From Octopus sinensis (taxonomy: Eukaryota): a stretch of DNA of 64,000 nt. Shown here piece after piece: positions 37,565 to 47,810 of the stretch. Position 1 is the stretch's first letter; each line of letters begins with the position of its first letter. The translations under genes and the position numbers were made by a program. The notes below the pieces were generated by a model. It ran no database searches, was not told the origin of the DNA, and worked only from the letters and a program-made list of their open reading frames with translations. The stretch spans positions 23,002,001 through 23,066,000 of the forward strand of contig NC_043006.1 in assembly GCF_006345805.1 (NCBI RefSeq). The letters are read 5' to 3'.

Positions 37565-38082
37565 GTAAACCTATAAAAACAAATAGCAAAAGTAGGTGAT
37601 AACATATTTAATGTAGAGTGACAGGAAATTTTAATTCATCTTCATCATCATCATTTAACATCCGCTTTCCATGCTAGCATGGGTTGGACGATTTCACTGA
37701 GGACTGGCGAACCAGATGGCTGTGCCAGGCTCCAATCTGATCTAGCAGAATTTCTACAGCTAGATGCCCTTCCTAATGCCAACCACTCCGAGAGTGTGGT
37801 GGGTGCTTTTACATGCCACCAGCACGAGGGCCAGTCTGGCGGTACTGGCAATGGCCATGCTCGAAATGCTGTTTTTTACGTGCCACCTGCACAGGAGTCA
37901 GTCCAGCGGCACTGGCAACCACCTCACTCGGATTAGTTAAAATTATATCCTTAATGATAAATATTATCATTAGCAAAGTGAATAATTACAAGCATGAAAA
38001 GTGAGACAATCCTGGAATTTGAACTAATAAAAGTTAATTATATCCAGTGGGTAGTGTTGATTGTTGGTAATATAGGGACAAA

Positions 38083-38121
38083 TCTGGACATGTTTCAGGC
38101 TTATATGACCTTATCAGCAAA
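38083..38121 (-). ncRNA. Degenerate hammerhead motif (G8A) in DPH7 intron 1
   Basis: tttg-CTGATAA-ggtcatataagcct-GAAA-catg-TC-caga; palindromic ACATGT stem III, GUC triplet; stems I and II weak. Confidence 0.4.
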
Positions 38122-39007
38122 GCTTAGTTTAACTGTGACTGCAAGATTTTAGATTGACTAGATATATATATAGGTTTTTAAGGAATACATATTGAATAGT
38201 GTTAGACCTCAAACACTGGAGAAAAATACCTTGGTCTACTTTCTGTATGATAAATATAGTGTGAAGTGTAAGCTAATACTTGGTATAGAGAGTCACATAC
38301 ATATGTAACTAAAATTATATCTGTAATAAGGTATGTGTGTGTGCATGCATATGCATGTGTGAGTGTAAATGTTCATCTCCTTTATGTCTGTTTTTTCCAC
38401 CCCAGCATGAGTTAGGTGAGTATATTATTGAGGTATTGTTTTACAACCAGATGTTCTTTCTGTCCCTAACCCAAACCTGTTTTTAAAGTAAGGGATCTCT
38501 AGTTCCCTCGTTCTTCAAAAATGCAAAACCAGTGGACGATTTGTTAGCAGAAGAACTGACAATATCACTGCTTCTTCTTGTTCAGAGATTTTCAGAAAAG
38601 TGCAAATGTAAATAAGCACACACACACATACAACGGGCTTCTTTTAGTTTCCCTCTACCAAATTCACTCACAAGGCTTTGGTTGGCCCAGATCTACAGCA
38701 GAAGACTCTTGCCCAAGGTGCCACACAGTGAAACTGAACTTGAAATGTTGGGATGGTCACAGCTGGACCGGGGATGAACTGGGGACAAAACAACAACAAT
38801 AACAACAACTTAGGAGGATCAGTCCATTGCTAGGTGGGGGGGGGGGTGAAGGCACTGTATTGTACATGTAACTGTATGAGATGTGCAAACATGGCCAGAT
38901 ATAAAGATAGTAACAATGACCAAATACAGAGTGAAGCTTTTATAAAACAACTTAAACAACAACAACAACAACAGTAGTAGTAGTAGTAGTAAAGAATATC
39001 ACTTTAC

Positions 39008-39145
39008 CTGTTGCTCTGAGCGTTGTAATTCTTCAACGAGTTGATAATTACCAACAAGCAGAACTGAAGAATCTTTACTAACTGGACACCATTCTACTGA
39101 ATCAGCATAGAACTTGGTTTTAAGGGTCTGAAGTGTTGTAATCAT
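39008..39145 (-). CDS. DPH7: DPH7 (WDR85, diphthine methyl ester esterase) coding exon 1
   Basis: ATG at 39145; MITTLQTLKTKFYADSVEWCPVSKDSSVLLVGNYQLVEELQRSEQQ carries the ADSVEWCP...G.YQL N-terminal motif of DPH7; donor CAG|GTAAAG; 138 nt, phase 0. Confidence 0.93.
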
Positions 39146-39517
39146 AATTGGCTTTTTAAAAATTATTTGTTATTTCATTCTATATTGATTGTAGACAACT
39201 GAAAATTGATTTGTTATTTCATTCTATATTGATTGTAGACAACTGAAAATTGATAAAATATATTATTCGATTGATAAGAATGACCAAGAAAATATGTAAG
39301 GGTAAAAAGAAATGGAAAAGGAGAGAAGAAAAGAGAACAATACATAGAGAATAAATGCCCTTCATCCATCCATCTGCTATCTTCTACTTACCTCATACCT
39401 TGACCGTCCACCCAGACACCTCTTCACCACCATTTTTATCTCTTCCTAACTCCACCAAATATCATACCCCACAACTCTCTCTTCTGAAATGTAAATAGCC
39501 ATGTAGTTCCTCAACAG

Positions 39518-40601
39518 CAGTGGTTCTAAACCAGGGTCCAGATGGCCCTTGGGGTCCCATATAAGATTTTGTGGTTCTTTTCGGTTTGACTGACAGTTTT
39601 TTCTAGCGGTGTCATATGAAATTGTCACCCATAATTATGACCATAGTATCGATCTATTGCATTTCAATCTGTTTTAGGGTTAGAGTTAGGGTTAGGGGTG
39701 GGGGGAACGGGTATCTTTTTTTCTTCAGAAATGTAAATAAACCCAATCTGTTTCTTAAACGAGAGACATTCATACGGCACAGAATGTTTTCACCTCAATA
39801 GACGTCATTGATTGGTTGAAATTGCAGAAATTGAAGAAAAACAACAACAAATATCTTACAAACTATAGAATTTTCTCAATAAAGCCAAGAAAAAAAGATG
39901 TTTTATAAACACATTCTACCAGTATACAAAGTTTAAAAGTGTTTAGTTACGTGGAAATTATTTTAAAAAACTGCCGGTCAAACTGAAAAGATCTGATTTT
40001 GTTGCTAAAATTTATGTGCAATAAATTGCTCATACTTCTACAATACACTAAATACTTTAATTTTTTTTATAGAGTTCCTGATAATATTTATTTGTAAATA
40101 TCGTTAGCATGCCAGGCAAAATGCTTAGCAGTATTTCGTCTGCTGTTACATTCTGAGTTCAAATTCCGCTGAGGTCGACTTTGCCTTTCATCCTTTCAGG
40201 GTCGATTAAATAAGTACCAGTTACGCAGTGGAGTCAATGTAATTGACTTAATCCATTTGTCTGTCCCAGTTTGTCCCCTCTGTGTGTAGCCCCTTGTGGG
40301 CAGTAAAGAAATCGGTATTTCGTTTGCCACTGCGTTCTGAGTTCAAATTCCGCCGAGGTCGACTTTGCCTTTCATCCTTTCGGGGTCAATTAAATAAGTA
40401 CCAGTTACGCACTGGGGTCAATGTAATCGACTTAATCCGTTTGTCCCCTTTATGTTTAGCCACTTGTGGGCAATAAAGAAATAAATATTTATTTGTAAAA
40501 ATACTATAGGATATTTTATGTACATTGAATGGCTCTAGAGATCCAGTTGAACAAAATATGAACCAAAGAGGTCTATAGACAAAAACGGTTGAGAACTACT
40601 G
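39518..40601. mobile_element. hAT (Charlie-type) MITE with nested Merlin-like MITE (39573-39994) and SINE B dimer (~40101-40483)
   Basis: Ends CAGTGGTTCTAAACC / GGTTGAGAACTACTG, TSD CTCAACAG/CTCTACAG; nested MITE TSD GATTTTGT. Confidence 0.82.
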
Positions 40602-40868
40602 CTCTACAGCAAAAAACCTGTTCTGCTCTGGCCCCTTTTTTCATACTTTATCCTTTTGTCTCCTAGCATAAAGGCAACTCTCTTGTGATTCATAGTTTTG
40701 CAAGTTGCATGGCAATCTCACTAAAGCTGGTGCCATGAAAAGACAAACTCTCCCTATATACATTGTAAAGGTGTTGCTATTAAGAAGGACATCCAACAAT
40801 CCATGATAAAGTAGACAGCTGAGCACAGTGCAGACTTTAGACCCATCAAATCCTGTCTTGTTGGAAAC

Positions 40869-41066
40869 TCAGATTCCTGTTCTTGTTGGAAACGTTATAG
40901 TTTGACTGTCTGTGTTTTGTACAAAGTTTAATGGATTTTTATACATGACAAGAATGGTGTTGACAATTTCAACTTGGATACTGCAATTCAACAGGATATG
41001 TAACATGACTTTTCTATTGACACTATGAAATGTTTTGGAAAAATCCACAAATACAGTTGGTCCCAT
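40869..41066 (-). mobile_element. RTE-type reverse transcriptase fragment
   Basis: VFVDFSKTFHSVNR...IVNTILVMY, the FVDF.KAFDSV motif. Confidence 0.75.
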
Positions 41067-41121
41067 TCAAGACAAAGGATCACTGTCAAGTAGAAGCAAT
41101 TAATCAATTAGTTGAGAGTTA

Positions 41122-41342
41122 CTCTTTTACTCTTTTACTTGTTTCAGTCATTTGACTGCAGCCATGCTGGAGCACCGCCTTTAATCAAGCAACTCGACCC
41201 CGGGACTTATTCTTTTGTAAGTCCAGTACTTATTCTATCGGTCTCTTTTGCCGAACCGCTAAGTAACGGGGACATAAACACACCAGCATCGATTGTCGAG
41301 CAATGCTAGGGGACAAACACAGACACACAAACACACACACGC

Positions 41343-41373
<31 letters not shown>

Positions 41374-41538
41374 TACGACAGGCTTCTTTCAGTTTCCGTC
41401 TACCAAATCCACTCACAAGGCTTTGGTCGGCCCGAGGCTATAGTAGAAGACACTTGCCCAAGGTGCCACGCAGTGGGACTGAACCCGGAACCATGTGGTT
41501 GGTTGACAAGCTACTTACCGCACAGCCACTCCTGCGCC
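41122..41538 (-). mobile_element. tRNA-derived SINE family A, full length
   Basis: Reverse complement of the family A consensus. Confidence 0.88.
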
Positions 41539-41599
41539 TATAAGTTAAGTATAGAATTCTAACCTTATGTGAGACTTAATGTTAAAGCAGTATTTTTAA

Positions 41600-41816
41600 C
41601 CCTTTAACATTTAAACCAGCCATATCCAGCCCAAATATTCTTGTTTTAAGTTCAAACCAACCAGATCCTGCCTCTCACACCTACACTACAGTGTCATTCA
41701 AAAAGTAGACAATCACATCATCAAAATCTTGAAGCTATGAGGTAATGCATGATTAATTCAAAGCAATGTGAATAGCTAAGCATTACACTTGACAGAGTAA
41801 TCTAAATGCTAAAGTG
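41600..41816. mobile_element. piggyBac-like MITE
   Basis: TTAA|CCCTTTAACATTTA ... TAAATGCTAAAGTG|TTAA; partial related copy at ~11110-11215. Confidence 0.7.
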
Positions 41817-43222
41817 TTAAAATAGAGTATTATAATACCCAAGGTCTCACAACATAATGCTTAGGGCATGATACAAGTGTCTCATCCAATATCCAAAAAT
41901 TGCACGTAAAAAACATCATTTGAGTGTGGCCATTGCCAGTACCACCTGACTGGCCCTTGTGCCAGTGGCACGTAAAGAACACCCACTACACTCTCGGAGT
42001 GGTTGGCATTAGGAAGGGCATCCAGCTGTAGAAACTCTGCCAGATCAAGACTGGAGCCTGGTGCAGCCATCTGGTTTGCCAGTCCTCAGTCAAATCGCCC
42101 AACCCATGCTAACATGGAAAGCAGACGTTAAATGGTGATGACGATGATGATGATGTACACAAACCATAGCTACAATCATCATCATCATCATTTAACGACC
42201 GTCTTCTATGCTAGCATGGGTTAGACAGTTTGACTGGGATTGGTAAGCCAAAGAGCTGTATCAAGTCTGTTTTGGCTTGGTTTCTACAGCTGGATGCTCT
42301 TCCAAATGCCAATCACTCCACAGAGTGTACTGGGTGTCTTTCACATGTCACCAGCACTGACCATGACTCTGATTTCACTTAGCTTGACATATCTTCTTAA
42401 GCACAGCAAATCACCAAAGGTCTCTGTCACTTGTCATTGCCTCCATGAGACTCAACATCTGAACATCATACTTCACCACTTCGTCCCATGTCTTCCTGAG
42501 TCTACCTCTTCCATAGGTTCCCTCCACAGTTGGAGATCAGCACTTCTTCATGCAGCTGTCCTCATCCACACACATCACATGACCATACCAGCAGTCTTCT
42601 CTCTTGCGCACTACATCTGATGCCTCTTATATCCAATTTTTCTCTCAAGACATTTACACTCTGTTGTACTTGCACATTGACATACAACGGAGTGTAAATG
42701 TGTTAATTGTTTATAATGTTTAACTCCAAAATAGGTCAGAAGGATGCCATCTATAGAAAAGCTTCAAAACATTTATTCTAAAACTTCTCTCAAATTAATA
42801 TAACAGTGACTAAAAATTCATTATACTAAGTACCAATCACTTCAGTGTTTATGGCTGCAAGCACCCACTACACTCACGATGTGGTTGGCGTTAGGAAGGG
42901 CATCCAGCTGTAGAAACACTGCCAGATCAGACTGGAGCCTGGTGCAGCCTCCTGGCTTCCCAGACCCTGGTCGAACCATCCAACCCATGCTAGCATGGAA
43001 AACGGACGTTAAATGATGATGATGATGGAGTCATTTTTCAAAAGAAATTGTACAACATCTGAAACAAAAGTTAAATATATACCTTTACCCTCTTAGCTTA
43101 CATTGAGTCTTGCTCTGAAGTATCATACCAAACCACAGCTGACTCCTTTCATATGATATTTGATTATGTAGAATTCTGTGTGTGTGAATTAAGAGAACAA
43201 CAAATGGGTTGTTAATGTAGAG

Positions 43223-43423
43223 CAGTGCTTTTCAAACTTTTTGCTGGAGCAGAACCCCAAGGAAACATTCCATCGGCTCAGGGAACCCCTGTGCAATAAT
43301 TTAATAGTCTTATGCACACATATCTGCACAGGAGAATTAAAATTTACTGCCGATTTTAGCAGTTTTGTAACTTCTTGTGGAACCCCTGGACTGTAGTGGG
43401 GGAACCCTAGTTGAAAACCACTG
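43223..43423. mobile_element. hAT MITE (201 bp)
   Basis: CAGTGCTTTTCAA...TTGAAAACCACTG, perfect TSD ATGTAGAG. Confidence 0.9.
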
Positions 43424-44604
43424 ATGTAGAGAAAAACAGTAAAGTTTTCATACTCGAAGGCTTTTGATCATACCACTAACTCATTGACCCTACTTACTGT
43501 ACTACCTTGACACTGATCAGGCATTCTGTTGATCTTAAAACTTATTTTTGCCAGCAGAGTGGACTCATGGTAATAAAGCATTTTGCCAAGGCTGGTATTA
43601 GAACTCTCTAATGAAGCTACTTGCCCATATATGTTGTACATGTTTAATTGCTTGGATGGCAAACTTCTGGTTACATTCTCCATCACATTATGTGTCTCTC
43701 TGCAGCTACAACACCCTCAATATAGCCAGTTCCCAGGACTTTTAATGTCCCAGGCTCTTCTTTTTCAGAGGGAGTGCTGACCAATTTGTTAGGCAAGTGG
43801 ACAGAAACTCATTTTGGTTAAGGGACGTTGCTCCACTTTACCCAACTTCCTTTACACATTATCTCAACAACAATAATAACAGTACTTTTTACTACTGGTG
43901 CAAGGCCTGAAGTTTGTTGGGATGTAACTAGACGATTACATCGACCTCCGTCTTCGACTGGTACTCATCGACCCCGAAAGGATGAAAGCCAAAGTCGACC
44001 TCGGTGGAATTTGAACTCAGAAAACAGCGACGGACGAAATACAGATAAACATTTTGTCCGACGTGCTAACGATTCTTATTTCTTTATTGCCCACAAGGGG
44101 CTAAACATAGAGGGGACAAACAAGGACAGACAAAGGGATTAAGTCGATTACATCATCGACTCCACTGCGTAACTGGTACTTAAATTATCGACCCCGAAAA
44201 GATGAAAGGCAAAGTCGACCTCGGCGGAATTTGAACTCAGAACGTAACGGCAGACGAAATACCGCTAAGCATTTCGCCCGGCGTGCTAGAAAGAGAACAG
44301 AATGTAAACAAAGTCACGTGTGTACTTATACCGAAGGATCGCCATATATATGAGTGTGCAAATATATGCAAAAATACGGGATGGTCACGACTGGAACACG
44401 TTATCATAAATCTATATATCACGGCTGATTTGACGCTAAACGTCAATGTCAAGTACTCTATTATCGCCAACTTCCAAAGATATATTAAACAGAGCAGCAG
44501 ACAACTAATAACACAGAAAATTCTCTAAAGTCTTAAAATGCAAGTCTTAAGGAAGAGTGATCAATTAGGATTATAATAAATAGTATAAAAGGTGGGGTCT
44601 AGAC

Positions 44605-44805
44605 CAGTGCTTTTCAAACTTTTTGCTGGAGCGGAACCCCAAGAAAACATTTCACTGGCTCGAGGAACCCCTGAGCAATAATTTAATTGTCCTATGCACA
44701 CATATCTGCACAGGAGAATTAAAAATTACTGTCGATTTTAGCATTTTTGTAACTTCTTGCGGAGCCCTTGGACTGTACTGGCGGAACCCTGGTTGAAAAC
44801 CACTG
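44605..44805. mobile_element. hAT MITE (201 bp), same family
   Basis: Same termini, perfect TSD GTCTAGAC. Confidence 0.9.
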
Positions 44806-45329
44806 GTCTAGACATTTACATGAAATGATTTCTCTCGGTGATTTATAGTAAATAATTATTGTGCTCTTAATCAAGAAACGGTGAGAACTCAATTTAAGGA
44901 AAAGTATTCGGTATATAAAATAGGATGGATATATAAATTTATTAAAGTAATAATGACTTTTACAGAACTAGTCCTGTTTCCTTTACAATTCATCCAAGAG
45001 TTTGCAGTAAATGCACGTTACCTGAAATTGTTTTCCTGCGACACCGGTATCAAAAGTTTATTAAGAGTTATCTCCCTCCTCCAATGCTTCTCATGTCAGC
45101 ATTTAACTCGAGTTTTGTCCCTTTATATTATGAATTCAAATCTAACTAGAATTTGTAGTAATCTCGTTCCACTGTGGTCATTTCATTTGAATAGGTACCA
45201 ATAAATATACTCGTCAATATGCCTTATTGTTATGTAAAAATAAAAACCAGCTAGGGATCTTTTCCTTTTGAACGGCACTTTGTAACAATTTCTAGGTAAC
45301 TAAAAAGTTTTAAACTTCGTATACTGGTA

Positions 45330-47600
45330 GAATGTGTTTATAAAACATCTTTTTCTCTTGGCTTTATTGAAAAACGTCCCCCTTGTTTGGATCCTTTCTC
45401 AGCAAAACCACCACCCCTCGACAAACAAAAGCAGGAATTCTCCCGTTTTTTTTTTTTTTTTTTGCCAGTTGCAGTAGACGTTTGCCAAACAGTCCCGCAA
45501 ACAAATCTGGTATTGAAGTGTAAAGCTCGTAGGGCAGACCATCCAAACCTGGCGATCTGCCTCTCGGGCAGCTCTTCATTGCTTCCTCCACTTCCCAGGC
45601 AAATATCGGTCTTTCGCAGCACTCCGCCTCGCCATCCGAGAGTTGCGGTAGGCCGTCCAGGTACACACCGAAGTCTGTCCCTTTGTCCGTCCCACCGTTC
45701 ACCCCAAACAGTTGACCAAAGTGCCGCTGAAACACCGCACACATCTGCTTCGGTTCGGAAACCTCGAGCCCGTTCTGGTCCACCAAAGACCGAACGGTCG
45801 CTTTGTTGCTACGCTTCGCCTTCACCACGCGAGCCCATCGAGCGGCTTTAGTTCCCTCCCCGCTTAGCGAACGCGCCTTAGCTCTGACAACGCAGCCTTC
45901 GTGTTTGGCGTCAAAGCGATGGTTGAGGGTCAACCTAGCCGCCAACATCGGTTGCGATGCCTGTCTCAAGAGCCTCGTCTAGTTTTCTAACTAAATCCCG
46001 CTCTGTTTTCTAACTAAATCCCGCTCTGTTTTCTAACTAAATCCCGCTCTGTTTTCCTAGGTTCTACAGCTAGAGCTTTACTAAACCTAATCGACTCTGC
46101 TCTAATTGCTCTCTTGAGAGCAAACCACCAGTTGTTGATGATTGCCCCCGTGAGCGCTCGTTTAACAAATAAACTAATCCGGTCTCTGTAGGCTTTGCAC
46201 GCCGTTAACGACGCGTTCAGCTTCCAGTAGCCAGGATCCTGTCTATGTAGCCTATCTAAGTCGACCGTACAGATCACGAATTTGTGGTCCGTGTAGTCGA
46301 CTAGGTGGAATTGTGGACACTCTATGCTGTCCTTATCCGCTGGCCTACAGAAGACTCTATCTAAGTACGATCTTGACGACCCGATGCAATTAGTCCAAGT
46401 CCACATTGGCACATTCGGGTTGTCTAGTCGAAACCTGTCGGACAGCTGAAAGCGCCTGAGCAGGTTGGCGAGGCTCTTGCACCCCCTCTCCTATTAGATG
46501 CTCCCGTGCCCACCCGATCGAAACGTTCGTCTAAGACAGCGTTCCAATCCCCAACTAGCACTAGAGTGCGTGACGTTCCCAAGAAAACTTCCAGACGCTT
46601 GAAATAATCGGACTGCCCTGCTCCTGTCGGAGCGTAGGCAGCCAGCAGTCTGAAAGCACCACCGTCACTACCGTCTCCGTCGAGGACCACTAACTTACCT
46701 TCCGGATCCAGGAAGACTGTCCTTATTTTCAAATCCAGGCCCTTCCGAAACAAAACCGCAGTACCACCACCGCCCGCTCCCGGCCGACACGGAGATAGAA
46801 AGATCTCGTATCCGCCGAAAAGGGCCGCGAGTTCCTGCGGGTCGGAGAGCCTGGTTTCACTAATGGCTGCCACATCCACTCTATGAGACCTCAGGTCGTT
46901 TAACAGGTGACCCTGTTTCCAAGGTGACCCGAGGCTTCTTACCGATTCTGAGTTTTTCCATGTTTTAAAAGGTTAAGGAGAAAAAGGCTCTACTTACTGT
47001 TGTTGTTTGGTGGGATGGCTCCCTTGTGCTTTTGCGCGGGTGTTTCCACCAGGTTTTTGTAGAGTTTTTTTGAGAAATTTCTCTCTAGCGACCCAACATC
47101 GTTTGGGAATTTCTCCTTGATTTTATTATAATTGTCTTGTGTGATTTTAAATGTAAGTATGTGTGATGGTGGTGTGTTGTGCGTGGGTATAATAAAATCT
47201 GACAGTTTTGTGTCTGTGATGTTTTTCAGGTATGTTACTATCTGTTCATTGCTCGTGTTTATTGCTGTAACGGTGTTGGTGGTGTCTGTGTGTGTTGGTG
47301 TGTGTAGTAGTACTGGTGGAGAAGGTGGTGTTAATTGTTGTTGTTGTGAGTGCATGTTGTTACTGTTGATGTTAGGAAGCTCTAATTGTTCGCGCCTCCC
47401 CAGTGTGTCATGTGTTTCTTTTTGTTTCTTTCTTCTTTTCTTTTTCGGTGGCACTGTGTGCCACTCCCCTTTCTCGCTATCAGTGCTCGCACAATCCGAG
47501 CTGATTTGGTCTGGAAAGGGGACATTTGTTGGGTCTGTTTCCACAGTTTATACAGTGCTCAGGTGCACCACAACTTGTCAAAAGTGCGTATAAAGCATAT
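45330..47600 (-). mobile_element. Tx1/L1-clade LINE, 3'-truncated, frameshifted
   Basis: ORF1-like 47544-46990; ORF2 ATG ~46961; APE motifs (DVAAISETR, GDWNAV, PGYWKLNASL); SPGLDGLPYELY; stops before the RT core. A 23-bp unit x3 at 45982-46050 shifts the frame. Confidence 0.88.
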
Positions 47601-47602
47601 GC

Positions 47603-47810
47603 AGTAATGTACATATGTCTGGAAAGCGAACAGTGTATGAGTCAGATACATGCTAGCGTGTGTATGGAGGGGAGAAAATCAGGAGTAGTGTTGGCGAATC
47701 TCAGAAAGCATGAAAGTTTTGAAGGATGCAGTACTCCGACAACTAACAACTGATGCCAGCAGTTTGTTCCATACTTCAGCAACTCTTAGCGTGAAAAATG
47801 TTCTATACAA
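47603..47810 (-). mobile_element. CR1 LINE 3' end
   Basis: FTLRVAEVWNKLLASVVSCRSTASFKTF...; overlaps in sequence with the 36245 fragment. Confidence 0.75.
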
